Shown here: positions 27,113 through 36,556 of the stretch, piece after piece
How the letters are laid out: each line of letters starts with the position of its first letter
Position numbering within the stretch: position 1 is the stretch's first letter
DNA from: Desulfurella sp.
GTDB lineage: Bacteria > Campylobacterota_A > Desulfurellia > Desulfurellales > Desulfurellaceae
Direction: 5' to 3'
DNA: 41,020 nucleotides
Assembly: GCA_031960885.1 (NCBI GenBank)
Contig: JAVRLY010000003.1
Span: 1-41,020 of the forward strand
Made by a program: the position numbers and the translations under genes
Notes under the pieces: generated by a model
Database searches by the model: none
Seen by the model: only the letters and a program-made list of their open reading frames with translations
What the model was told of the DNA's origin: nothing

Positions 27113-30100
27113 TGTTTATAACCTCTTTTTTATCTATATTGTACAATATACCAAACACTTTTTTGTCTTTATAGATATCTCTTAAAACCTGAATATAGTT
27201 TAAAATTTGCGATGTGTAATCTTCGATTTCTTTTTTAGAAAATTCACCCGTTTTATAATCCATAACGTATACATTTTGGTTTGGATCAATTACCACCCTA
27301 TCCATTCTAAAAATATTGCCATGTTTGTCAATGAAGGTTTTTTCTGTAAAAACTATATTATCGTGACTAAAAAGCCTTTTTAAATCATTATGTTGCAGTA
27401 TAGAAAGAATTTTTTGCTCTACCTCTAGCTTATCATCAACAAATTTAGCGTACTTTTCAATCAAGAAATTAAGATTGTCAAAATCTTGTTCATACTTTAA
27501 ATATGAGAGAATTTCATGATAAATTTCACCCCTTTTAGAATCAATTAAGCGTTTTATCGTCCAACTGCTCGACTCATTTATGATTTTATTGTAATTAATA
27601 GTAAATGGCACAAAATTTTGATTGTTATTATCACAATATAATGACTGTTTTGGTATTGAGTCTTGTTTTGAGCCAACTGTTACACTTTCAAGTGCACATT
27701 GGGCATTTTTTGTTTTATTGTTATAGTAAATAAAATTGTACATTTGCATTTTTGCTCTCGTTAACGCAACATAAAGCACGTTAAAATCCTCTATATTGTC
27801 TTTTAACACAGCTTTATTGTATATGTCAGATAATGTATCATCTTGCCTGAACTCTTTTGTAATATATAGCAAGTCCAATCTATTGTCTAATTCAAAAACA
27901 AATTGATTATTAGGCTTTTGTCTTTTTGTAGGGTTTAGTGCATAGTTTTTATTGGCATCTAATACATTTATCACAACATCAAATTGCAGGCCTTTTGCTT
28001 TGTGTATAGTAAGCAATTGTATGCCATTTTGAGTATTTGAAAATTCGCAAGAAAATGTATTTTGGCTAAATGTTGATTTTTCAAAGTAGTCAATAAATGC
28101 ACTCAAATCATTAATACCAATTTGTTCTAACTCAATAACTCTATCAAGCAAAAAACTCAAATAATGGCTTTCTTGTTCAAAATTTTTATCAATATTGAAT
28201 GTTTTGATAATATTAAGTAAAAGCTCATATAAAGGTACATAGCTTATAGTGTTAAAAATATCCTTAAAGTATAACTTCCAAATATCAGTGAAATATTTTC
28301 TGAAGTTTATATATAGCATTTGAGCACCCACATTTTCTAATAAAAAATCCATTATCTTATTTCTTTCAACCAAACAATGAAAGACATCACCAAGTATAAA
28401 TGTCGCAAAACTAAGGTTATCACTTGGGTTATTCAAAAACTTTAAAAACGCAAATATTTCGTTAATAATTTTTCTTTGGCGTATATCGCTTGCGCTTGAA
28501 GAAAGCACCGTGTAGTTATTTTCTAATAGCCAGCCACTTATGGTGTTAATTTCTGCATTTGTGCGAGCTAAAATCGCTATCTGCTCATATCTAAATCCAT
28601 AATTAATCAAATCTTTAATAGTTTGCAGCAAACTTTCTCTAATACTATCTATGCCTTCTTCGTTTTCACAAGCAAATATTTTAGTTTCTACATACCCTTT
28701 ATTTAAATGCTCATCAATTGGTTTTTGCTCAAAAGATAAATAACCAATAGGGTCATTGACTCCTTTTATAACATCTTTCAATGACTGTTTAAATATTGTT
28801 TGAGAGTAATTAACAATGTGCTCAAATGAGCGATAGTTTAAATTAAGTATTTTTTCTATATACTTACTTTGAGGAAAAATATTAGCAGAGTTCTCTATTA
28901 AATTCTTCATAACTTCAAAATCTGCTTTCCTAAAACCATATATTGCCTGTTTTAAGTCGCCAACAACAAACAAAGAGCCACCTTTTGATAGTGATTCTTC
29001 TATTAAGGGCTTTAGAATTTCCCACTGTATATTTGATGTATCTTGAAATTCATCAATTAAATAATGGTAAATATAGCTTCCAATCGTATAATATATTGTT
29101 GGCACAAAACCTTCATTAAATAGAAAGATAATACGCTTGTTTGCATCTTGCAAAAATGTTTTGCCTAATATATTGTATGTTTTAATAATATGGCTTTTGA
29201 ATTCTTCAAATAGCTTGAGATAAGGTAAATATTTTACTTTTGCAATATCATAGAGTTTTTTCATTATTGTATTGTAACATTCGTCCCATGTGGCTTTTGC
29301 ATCTTTATCTTTATAAGGAAAACTTATTTTATTAGATACAATATAAAGAAAATTTCTTTCCTTTAAATAGGTCTTTAGTTTATTGATAGTTTCGGGTTTT
29401 GTGTGATTTCTAATGTCACATCCATCAAAGAGTTCTAATAAGTTTATTGTAGAATTAACCGTTTCTTCAAGTTCTGATTTTAAATTATCCAATGCTTTTT
29501 TGTCATAACTAAATGTTTTTTTATAAGATGATTCTTGATCAAGTAGATAGCTCAAATCTGATTTTATTGATTTAACAACCTGAAAATCAATCAATGCACT
29601 AGAATTCTCATTTAGAAGACGTAAAACCTCTATCAAGCTATTTTTATCTGCATTTTCTAAAAATTCGCTAAAAGCGTGATCAATGATATTTTCTAAACTT
29701 ACATCAACCTCAAAATCTGGGTTTAACCCTAACTCGACTGCGCTTGCGTATAGTATTTTTGTAAGAAAGCTATCTATTGTCAAAATTAAATCATTGTAAT
29801 TATCTAAAATCTCTTCAATACACAAAGATGATTGCTCTATTAATTCATTGTCATCTAAACCAGTTATATTTATTATTTGCATTTTTTGCTTATCGTCAAG
29901 CATGTCTAAATGTATTTTTTTAAACCATTCTAAGGTTTTATTTTTAATATCATTCGTTGAGTTTTTTGTAAATGTAATAGCAACTATGTTATTTATTTTA
30001 TTGTTTTGTATGTTTTTTGAAAGCAAAAATTGCACAATTTTCTGTGTCAATAAATATGTTTTTCCTGAACCTGCGCTAGCTTGTGCTAATTGAACATGCG

Positions 30101-30158
30101 GAAAATCAGATTCTTTAAAGACTTCTAATATGTCATTTGAACTTTCATTTTTATACAC
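27105..30158 (-). CDS. addA: AddA-like UvrD-family helicase with C-terminal RecB-type nuclease
   Basis: ASAGSGKT, AITFT, TIDSF, IDEFQDT, VGDLKQAIYGFR, NYRS, TIHKAKGLQF, YVALTRA, RMDRV...DYKTG. Start reassigned to GTG 30158 (see findings). Confidence 0.85.
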   Translation of the reverse strand: MYKNESSNDILEVFKESDFPHVQLAQASAGSGKTYLLTQKIVQFLLSKNIQNNKINNIVAITFTKNSTNDIKNKTLEWFKKIHLDMLDDKQKMQIINITGLDDNELIEQSSLCIEEILDNYNDLILTIDSFLTKILYASAVELGLNPDFEVDVSLENIIDHAFSEFLENADKNSLIEVLRLLNENSSALIDFQVVKSIKSDLSYLLDQESSYKKTFSYDKKALDNLKSELEETVNSTINLLELFDGCDIRNHTKPETINKLKTYLKERNFLYIVSNKISFPYKDKDAKATWDECYNTIMKKLYDIAKVKYLPYLKLFEEFKSHIIKTYNILGKTFLQDANKRIIFLFNEGFVPTIYYTIGSYIYHYLIDEFQDTSNIQWEILKPLIEESLSKGGSLFVVGDLKQAIYGFRKADFEVMKNLIENSANIFPQSKYIEKILNLNYRSFEHIVNYSQTIFKQSLKDVIKGVNDPIGYLSFEQKPIDEHLNKGYVETKIFACENEEGIDSIRESLLQTIKDLINYGFRYEQIAILARTNAEINTISGWLLENNYTVLSSSASDIRQRKIINEIFAFLKFLNNPSDNLSFATFILGDVFHCLVERNKIMDFLLENVGAQMLYINFRKYFTDIWKLYFKDIFNTISYVPLYELLLNIIKTFNIDKNFEQESHYLSFLLDRVIELEQIGINDLSAFIDYFEKSTFSQNTFSCEFSNTQNGIQLLTIHKAKGLQFDVVINVLDANKNYALNPTKRQKPNNQFVFELDNRLDLLYITKEFRQDDTLSDIYNKAVLKDNIEDFNVLYVALTRAKMQMYNFIYYNNKTKNAQCALESVTVGSKQDSIPKQSLYCDNNNQNFVPFTINYNKIINESSSWTIKRLIDSKRGEIYHEILSYLKYEQDFDNLNFLIEKYAKFVDDKLEVEQKILSILQHNDLKRLFSHDNIVFTEKTFIDKHGNIFRMDRVVIDPNQNVYVMDYKTGEFSKKEIEDYTSQILNYIQVLRDIYKDKKVFGILYNIDKKEVINIA

Positions 30159-30164
30159 GCGGCT

Positions 30165-30193
30165 ATTATAAGTCAATCTACTTTTTAAATCAA
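30165..30193 (-). promoter_or_regulatory. Sigma70-type promoter for addAB (probably leaderless)
   Basis: TTGATT(30193-30188)-17 bp-TATAAT(30170-30165), 6 nt before GTG. Confidence 0.7.
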
Positions 30194-30272
30194 TATGTAT
30201 GCAATTTGGCAAACCCAAGAAAAATCAAAAAATTTTCTGGACTTTTTGTGAAAAAAGTATTTTAATATAAAT

Positions 30273-30821
30273 ATGAATATGCGCACAAAGTTTGTGTTTA
30301 TTATGTTTAGCTTAACTCTTTTATCTTTAATAAGTTCTTGTGGGTACAAATTGAGCGCTGATAATTCTTACTTGCCAGACAACATTAATACAGTGTATAT
30401 AGAAAACCCAATAAATTCCACATACGAGCCCAATTTGAGCATTATATTGAAAAATGCAATAATAGAGGATCTAAAGCTTGAACCAAATGTCACAATTGTA
30501 TCAAATAAATCTAACGCTCAAGCTTATATCAAAACAGAAATCATATCTTATTCAGCTGTGCCATCTTCATACAATGCAAGTGGTTTTGCCTCAACTTACA
30601 GTTGCAACATTTCTATAAAACTCTCATTAATTACTAAAAATGGCAAAAAACTTATATTTGACAAAGTATTAACAAGTTCCACAAACTATAGCGCACCTGC
30701 AAACACTAACATAAATAGTATAAGCTCAATTGAATCTGCAAAGTTAGTAGCCACAAAATCAACAATAGCCGATTTAGCTTCTCTAATTAGAGAAGAGCTT
30801 TTTATGTCATCTGGTTTTTGA
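30273..30821 (+). CDS. lptE: LPS-assembly lipoprotein LptE family
   Basis: Lipobox SSCGY followed by LP-x2-I-x2-VYI-x4-N pattern; size about 180 aa. Confidence 0.75.
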   Translation: MNMRTKFVFIMFSLTLLSLISSCGYKLSADNSYLPDNINTVYIENPINSTYEPNLSIILKNAIIEDLKLEPNVTIVSNKSNAQAYIKTEIISYSAVPSSYNASGFASTYSCNISIKLSLITKNGKKLIFDKVLTSSTNYSAPANTNINSISSIESAKLVATKSTIADLASLIREELFMSSGF

Positions 30822-30856
30822 TTTTTAAAGAAATTTGAATATAAAAAATTAATATT

Positions 30857-30931
30857 TGGTAGCCTCAGGGGGAATCGAACCCCCGTTACCGGCGTGAGAG
30901 GCCGGTGTCCTAACCGCTAGACGATGAGGCC
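30857..30931 (-). tRNA. tRNA-Glu (anticodon CTC)
   Basis: GGCCTCA/TGAGGCT acceptor stem, CCGGC-CTCTCAC-GCCGG anticodon arm, GTTCGATT T-loop, encoded CCA. Confidence 0.97.
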
Positions 30932-30940
30932 TTGCATCTT

Positions 30941-31014
30941 TGGCTGGGAGAGGAGGATTCGAACCTCCACTAGCGGATCCAGAGTCCGCGGTCCTACCAT
31001 TAGACGATCTCCCA
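30941..31014 (-). tRNA. tRNA-Gln (anticodon CTG)
   Basis: TGGGAGA/TCTCCCA acceptor stem, GCGGA-CTCTGGA-TCCGC anticodon arm, GTTCGAAT T-loop, encoded CCA. Confidence 0.97.
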
Positions 31015-31024
31015 ATCATGCAAC

Positions 31025-31053
31025 ATTGTATTGATTTATTGTTTTTTTGTCAA
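31025..31053 (-). promoter_or_regulatory. Sigma70-type promoter for the tRNA-Gln/tRNA-Glu pair
   Basis: TTGACA(31053-31048)-17 bp-TACAAT(31030-31025). Confidence 0.8.
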
Positions 31054-31067
31054 ACAGTATATAAAAT

Positions 31068-31096
31068 TTTACAAATTAACTATCATATGTTAAAAT
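31068..31096 (+). promoter_or_regulatory. Sigma70-type promoter for pckA
   Basis: TTTACA-17 bp-TAAAAT with extended -10 TG; GGAGG SD downstream. Confidence 0.65.
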
Positions 31097-31125
31097 GCAA
31101 TTATATTTTTTTTGGAGGTTAAAGT

Positions 31126-32712
31126 ATGGATTTAGTTAAGCAACTTCAAGACTTGCAAATAACTAATTTTAAAACGGTATATAGGAACTTACCAACACCT
31201 ATCTTGGTTGAAAAAATACTTGAAAACAAAGAAGGCATTCTAGCCCATATGGGTCCAGTGATTGTAGAAAGTGGTAAATACACTGGAAGGTCACCAAAAG
31301 ATAAATTTATTATTAAACAAGAACCAAGCACAAAACACATATGGTGGGGCAAAGAAAACCAAGAAATCACTCCAGAAGCTTTTGATAATCTTTACAAGAA
31401 AGTTGCAGCTTATCTTCAACAAAAAGAACTTTACATAATGGATGCCTATGCAGGCGCAGACCAAAGATACAGGTTACCAATTAGGGTAATATCTACGCTT
31501 GCCTGGCAATCATTATTCGCAAGAAATATGTTTATAAGAGAACTTGATCCTAAAAAATTAGAAACATTTAAACCAGAATTTACTGTAATTGCTGCACCAG
31601 AATTTAAAGCAATACCTGAAATAGATGGCACAAGAAGTGAAGTATTTGTTCTGCTAAATTTTGAAAAAAATATCGTTTTAATAGGAGGAAGTGGTTATTC
31701 TGGCGAGATTAAAAAATCAATTTTTAGTGTAATGAACTATCTTATGCCACTAAAAGGCATTATGAGCATGCATGCAAGCGCAAATTTAGGCAAAGGCGGG
31801 GATGTTGCTATTTTTTTTGGCTTATCTGGCACTGGTAAAACAACTTTGTCATCTGATCCTGAGCGATTTCTAATTGGCGATGATGAACACGGCTGGAGCG
31901 ATGATGGTGTATTTAACTTTGAAGGCGGATGCTACGCCAAAGTTATTAACCTATCAAAAGATGATGAGCCATTGATATATGAAACCACCCGAAAATTTGG
32001 CACAATATTGGAAAATGTAGTAATTGACAAACAAACACGAAGGATCGATTTATTTAACGATTCTATCACAGAAAACACAAGGACATCGTACCCCATAACC
32101 TATATACCTAATGCTTTAAAAGAAGGCACAGGACCACATCCAAAAAATATTATAATGCTCACATATGATGCTTTTGGCGTTTTACCACCTGTATCTAAAC
32201 TTACCAAAGAACAAGCAATGTATCATTTCATTAGTGGCTATACTGCTAAAGTTGCAGGCACTGAAGCGGGTGTTTTAGAGCCAACAGCTGTATTTTCTAC
32301 GTGTTTTGGGGCTCCATTTATGGTTTTGCCGCCTACAGTATATGCAAAATTATTAGGTGAAAAAATACAAAAGCACAATGTCAATTGCTGGTTAGTCAAT
32401 ACTGGTTTAAATGGCGGACCATACGGGGCGGGAAAACGCATAAGTATTTCGCATACTCGAGCAATTATTAGAGCTATTTTAAATAACGAGTTGAATGATG
32501 TCGAGTATGAGATTTTGCCAATATTTAACCTTCACATTCCAAAAAGTTGCCCTGATGTGCCATCAAATATATTAAATCCTAGACAAAGTTGGCAAGACAA
32601 AGATGCCTATGATGCACAATTAAAAAAACTAGCCTTTGCCTTTAAGAAAAATATAGATTATTTTGGATTTGAAATAGATAAAGATATCCTTAGCGCTGGT
32701 CCACAAATTTAA
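31126..32712 (+). CDS. pckA: Phosphoenolpyruvate carboxykinase (ATP)
   Basis: TGRSPKDK, YSGEIKK, FGLSGTGKTTLS, IGDDEHGW, EGGCYAK, FSTCFG. Confidence 0.97.
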   Translation: MDLVKQLQDLQITNFKTVYRNLPTPILVEKILENKEGILAHMGPVIVESGKYTGRSPKDKFIIKQEPSTKHIWWGKENQEITPEAFDNLYKKVAAYLQQKELYIMDAYAGADQRYRLPIRVISTLAWQSLFARNMFIRELDPKKLETFKPEFTVIAAPEFKAIPEIDGTRSEVFVLLNFEKNIVLIGGSGYSGEIKKSIFSVMNYLMPLKGIMSMHASANLGKGGDVAIFFGLSGTGKTTLSSDPERFLIGDDEHGWSDDGVFNFEGGCYAKVINLSKDDEPLIYETTRKFGTILENVVIDKQTRRIDLFNDSITENTRTSYPITYIPNALKEGTGPHPKNIIMLTYDAFGVLPPVSKLTKEQAMYHFISGYTAKVAGTEAGVLEPTAVFSTCFGAPFMVLPPTVYAKLLGEKIQKHNVNCWLVNTGLNGGPYGAGKRISISHTRAIIRAILNNELNDVEYEILPIFNLHIPKSCPDVPSNILNPRQSWQDKDAYDAQLKKLAFAFKKNIDYFGFEIDKDILSAGPQI

Positions 32713-32720
32713 AAAATTAT

Positions 32721-32759
32721 AAAAGATATGGAAGTTTTCAGCTTCCATATCTTATCTTT
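32721..32759. terminator. Probable bidirectional terminator between convergent pckA and rlpA
   Basis: Perfect 12-bp stem AAGATATGGAAG(32723-32734)/CTTCCATATCTT(32742-32753), 7-nt loop, A/T-rich flanks. Confidence 0.8.
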
Positions 32760-32766
32760 ATTGTTG

Positions 32767-33267
32767 TTAGTTTTGTTGTGTTGAATCTGAAACAGTTGAA
32801 GCTAATTTGGAATCAGAATAGAAATTCACGTCTTTTAATTTGTTTAGAGCATACTCACAGCCTAATGTGTAAACTTTTACAGCTACAATACCAGAATTAA
32901 TCATACCAAGCTCTTTTGCTGCACCTCTTGATAAATCAATAATTCGACCTCTTACGTATGGCCCACGATCTACTATCTTTACAAACAACTCTTTTCCATT
33001 GTACAAATTTTTCACTAGTACTTTACTTCCAAATGGCAGAGTTTTACTTGCAGCAAAAATTTCATCGCTGTTGTACGTATTTCCGTTTGCTGTTTGCATA
33101 AAAGAATCTTTCAGACCATACCAAGAAGCATAACCTTGTTGAATTTGACACGTATTATTTCCATTCGAAAGGGATTTCAAAATATCTTCCACTGTAGCTT
33201 CACCTGCAAAAGCTTTTGAAAAACTAACAAAAAATACAACAAGTGCAAATAAAAAAAACTTTCTCAT
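32767..33267 (-). CDS. rlpA: RlpA-family lytic transglycosylase (DPBB domain only, no SPOR domain)
   Basis: GYASWYG, TANG, AASKTLPFG, DRGPY, IIDLS; signal peptide. Confidence 0.9.
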   Translation of the reverse strand: MRKFFLFALVVFFVSFSKAFAGEATVEDILKSLSNGNNTCQIQQGYASWYGLKDSFMQTANGNTYNSDEIFAASKTLPFGSKVLVKNLYNGKELFVKIVDRGPYVRGRIIDLSRGAAKELGMINSGIVAVKVYTLGCEYALNKLKDVNFYSDSKLASTVSDSTQQN

Positions 33268-33273
33268 AGTTTT

Positions 33274-33302
33274 ATTATAAAAAATTAGTATAAAATTGTC
33301 AA
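33274..33302 (-). promoter_or_regulatory. Consensus sigma70 promoter for rlpA (leaderless)
   Basis: TTGACA(33302-33297)-17 bp-TATAAT(33279-33274), 6 nt before ATG 33267. Confidence 0.85.
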
Positions 33303-33422
33303 GAAAAAATACAAATTTAAAAAAAAACTAGAATATTTTTCTTAAAAAATCACTTTTTTTAAATCTTCCTGATATAAGTGACATTGTTATATATTAAACT
33401 TATTCATAAAAAATTTTAAATT

Positions 33423-33451
33423 TTGATTTTTTATAATTTTTCTTGTATAAT
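33423..33451 (+). promoter_or_regulatory. Sigma70-type promoter for proS
   Basis: TTGATT-17 bp-TATAAT, then AAGGAG SD. Confidence 0.7.
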
Positions 33452-33474
33452 GTTAAAAAAAAGGAGTTGGTCGG

Positions 33475-35199
33475 ATGCTGTTTTCTAAAAGTTTAATTTG
33501 CACAATTAAAGAAAAGCCAAAAGATGCTACAATTGACAGCCATGAGTTGCTAATAAGAGGAAGTTTTATTAGTCAAGAATCAAGTGGTATTTATATATAT
33601 TTGACGCTTGGGTTAAAAGTCATTAAAAAAATAACAAAAATCATCGAAGAAGAAATGGATGCAAAAGGCGCTCAACAAATCTTGATGCCAGCTGTTCAAC
33701 CAGCAGAGCTATGGATAGAATCAGGCAGATGGAAAGAATATGGCAAAGAGTTATTGCGTTTTAAAGATAGAAACGATAGAGATTTCGTTATAGGACCAAC
33801 GCACGAAGAAGTCGTATCAGATATTGTGCGAAAATATATTAATAGTTATAAACAATTGCCTATTAATTTATATCAGATTCAAACAAAATTTAGAGATGAA
33901 ATGCGCCCAAGATTTGCATTAATGAGAGCCAAAGAATTTATAATGAAAGATGCGTATAGTTTTGATATAGACCCAGCAGGCTTAGATATAAGCTATGAAA
34001 AAATGCGCGATGCTTACTGCAGGATATTCAAACGCTGTGGTTTGGATTTTAGAATAGTGCAAGCAGACAGTGGCGCTATTGGTGGAAAAGACTCAGAAGA
34101 ATTTATGGTGCTATCCAGCGTTGGAGAAGACGAAATTTTTGTTTGTGACAGTTGTAACTACACTGCCAACGCAGAAAAAGCTCAAAGTGAACCTCCAAAA
34201 GTTAAAGTTGAACAAGAAGGAAAAATTGAAAAAGTTCACACGCCAAATGTAAAAACTATAGCAGAAGTATGTGAATTTTTAAATGTAGAGGCAAATCAAA
34301 CAGCCAAATCCCTTTTATATAAAAATGAAAATGGCGATATATTTTGTTTTGTTCTAGTAGGCGATGATACATTAAATGAAACGAAAGCCAAAAATGCAAC
34401 CTCAAGCATAGAACTGATTGCCTTAAAAGAAAATGAAATAGACAAGATTGGTTTAGTAAATGGTTTCATAGGCCCTATTGGATTACCAGACAATATATAT
34501 TTAATTGCCGACAATAGATTAAAAAATTATAATAGCATAGTTGTCGGAGCAAATGAATTAGGCTATCACTTGAAATATGTATCTATAACAAGAGATACAA
34601 ATGCTAAGTTTTTTGATATAAGAAATGCAAAAGAAGGTGAAACTTGCCCAATTTGTCATAAAGGTAAATTAAAAAAATATATGGGAATCGAAGTTGGACA
34701 TATTTTTAAGCTAGGCTTAAAGTACTCTAAAGCAATGAACGTTGTATATCTAGATAAAAACGGCAAACAGCAATACATTTATATGGGTTGTTATGGTATT
34801 GGCGTTAGCAGGTGCGCGCAAGCATGCATTGAGCAAAACCATGACCATGATGGTATAATTTGGCCAATAACCATAGCGCCGTTTGAAGTCGAAATTGTTC
34901 AACTTGATGAAAATAATCAAATCAATTCATTTTGTCAGACATTATACGAAGAATTAAATTCTCTAAATATTGATGTTTTATACGATGATAGGTCAGAACG
35001 CTCAGGTGTAAAGTTTAAAGATATGGATTTGATAGGAATCCCGATAAATGTAATTGTAGGCTCTAAAAATTTTAAAAACGATAAGATTGAAATACGATTA
35101 AGACATACAAAAGAAAAAATTTTATGCGATAAAGATAAATGTATAGATGAAATTATAAGTATAAGAAATAAGCTGTATAAAAGTTTGGAGGCAAAATGA
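33475..35199 (+). CDS. proS: Proline--tRNA ligase (bacterial type with editing insertion)
   Basis: GPTHEE, QTKFRDE, EFIMKDAYSF, GIEVGHIF, GCYGIG. Confidence 0.97.
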   Translation: MLFSKSLICTIKEKPKDATIDSHELLIRGSFISQESSGIYIYLTLGLKVIKKITKIIEEEMDAKGAQQILMPAVQPAELWIESGRWKEYGKELLRFKDRNDRDFVIGPTHEEVVSDIVRKYINSYKQLPINLYQIQTKFRDEMRPRFALMRAKEFIMKDAYSFDIDPAGLDISYEKMRDAYCRIFKRCGLDFRIVQADSGAIGGKDSEEFMVLSSVGEDEIFVCDSCNYTANAEKAQSEPPKVKVEQEGKIEKVHTPNVKTIAEVCEFLNVEANQTAKSLLYKNENGDIFCFVLVGDDTLNETKAKNATSSIELIALKENEIDKIGLVNGFIGPIGLPDNIYLIADNRLKNYNSIVVGANELGYHLKYVSITRDTNAKFFDIRNAKEGETCPICHKGKLKKYMGIEVGHIFKLGLKYSKAMNVVYLDKNGKQQYIYMGCYGIGVSRCAQACIEQNHDHDGIIWPITIAPFEVEIVQLDENNQINSFCQTLYEELNSLNIDVLYDDRSERSGVKFKDMDLIGIPINVIVGSKNFKNDKIEIRLRHTKEKILCDKDKCIDEIISIRNKLYKSLEAK

Positions 35200-36539
35200 A
35201 AGATCTTAAAGAAAAGCTGTTTAGAAAACAAAAAAATGCTTGGTTTGAAAACAAAAAAGAAGAAATATTTGGATTTTCTAAAGATTATATGAATTTTTTG
35301 AATGAATGCAAAACAGAGCGTGAAACAGTAAATTTCGTTAAACGCTATTATTCCAAGCATGAAAAAGATGAGTTAATTTTTATCAACAGGAACAAAAATA
35401 TTGCTTTGGTGCGTATTGGAAAAGAAAAAGGTATGAGACTCATAGCTAGTCATATTGATTCTCCGCGCATAGACTTAAAGCAAAACCCTGTATTTGAAGA
35501 TTTAAATATAGCAATGTTTCATACACATTACTATGGTGGTATAAAAAAATATCAATGGTTAAACATACCGCTTGCGCTACATGGTGTTATTACAAAATCA
35601 GATTTGCAAACTATAGAATTTTGCATTGGTGAAAGCGAAGATGACCCAGTTTTTGTAATACCAGACTTATTGCCGCATTTATCAAAGAAAGTTATTGATG
35701 AAAAGGTTGTAAAAGAAGCTTTTGATGCTGATAAACTCAACCTAATAGTAGGTTCAATACCTTTTAGCAAAGAAGAAAAAGAGCAAATAAAACTAAATGT
35801 ACTTAATATACTTAATGAAAAATACTCAATCTTGGAAGAAGACTTTATATCGGCTGAAATTACTATCACGCCAGCTTTTAAAGCAAAAGATGTAGGTTTT
35901 GACAAAAGTCTTATTGGTGGTTATGGCCAAGATGATAGAATTTGTGCATATACCAGTTTAAAAGCTTTCTTTGACTCAAAGAAGTCTTCGCAATCACAAG
36001 TTGTTTTGATGGTTGATAAAGAAGAAATTGGCTCAGAAGGCAATACGTCGGCACAATCTAGTTTTTTATTTGAAGTAGTTATTGAAATTTTAAAAGCAAA
36101 AAAATTGGAACCAAACTTTGAAAATATTATATCGTTTTTTAAAGCTTCAGAGTGTCTATCCGCTGATGTCAATGGAGCGGTAAATCCTATGTACAAAGAA
36201 GTACATGAAAAAGATAATGCATCGTACATTAACAATGGCGTAGTTTTAACAAAATTTACAGGCCATGGCGGCAAATACATGGCAAATGATGCTAATGCTG
36301 AGTTTGTCGGCAAAATAAGAAAAATATTCAATGATAATAATGTTGTGTGGCAAACGGGCGAACTTGGAAAAGTAGATGAAGGCGGCGGCGGTACGATAGC
36401 TAAATACATTGCCAATCATAACATAGAAACGATAGATTGTGGTCCTGCATTAATTTCTATGCATTCGCCATACGAAATTTCATCAAAGGCAGATCTATTT
36501 GAAACATATAAAGCGTACAAAGCTTTTTTTAGTTACTAA
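35196..36539 (+). CDS. M18-family aminopeptidase (ApeA-like)
   Basis: SHIDSP, YYGGIKKYQW, GQDDR, EEIGS, SADV, SMHSP. Confidence 0.92.
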   Translation: MKDLKEKLFRKQKNAWFENKKEEIFGFSKDYMNFLNECKTERETVNFVKRYYSKHEKDELIFINRNKNIALVRIGKEKGMRLIASHIDSPRIDLKQNPVFEDLNIAMFHTHYYGGIKKYQWLNIPLALHGVITKSDLQTIEFCIGESEDDPVFVIPDLLPHLSKKVIDEKVVKEAFDADKLNLIVGSIPFSKEEKEQIKLNVLNILNEKYSILEEDFISAEITITPAFKAKDVGFDKSLIGGYGQDDRICAYTSLKAFFDSKKSSQSQVVLMVDKEEIGSEGNTSAQSSFLFEVVIEILKAKKLEPNFENIISFFKASECLSADVNGAVNPMYKEVHEKDNASYINNGVVLTKFTGHGGKYMANDANAEFVGKIRKIFNDNNVVWQTGELGKVDEGGGGTIAKYIANHNIETIDCGPALISMHSPYEISSKADLFETYKAYKAFFSY

Positions 36540-36556
36540 TAGTGAAGCGTAAATGG

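Noticed and set aside
24362..30158. Helicase plus PD-(D/E)XK nuclease pair as a novel anti-phage system
   Set aside because: Domain order, sizes and the Fe-S staple match housekeeping AddAB recombination/repair; flanked by core genes.
30822..30860. tRNA 3' end as a genomic-island integration site
   Set aside because: No integrase, no duplicated tRNA 3' fragment seen in the window, and core genes on both sides.
30940..31122. 60-aa plus-strand ORF MAGRGGFEPP...
   Set aside because: Antisense shadow of tRNA-Gln and its promoter; a classic spurious ORF.
33268..33474. AT-rich gap as a T-box or riboswitch leader for proS, or an ncRNA
   Set aside because: Explained by two divergent promoters; the predicted proS leader is under 25 nt and no T-box motif is visible.
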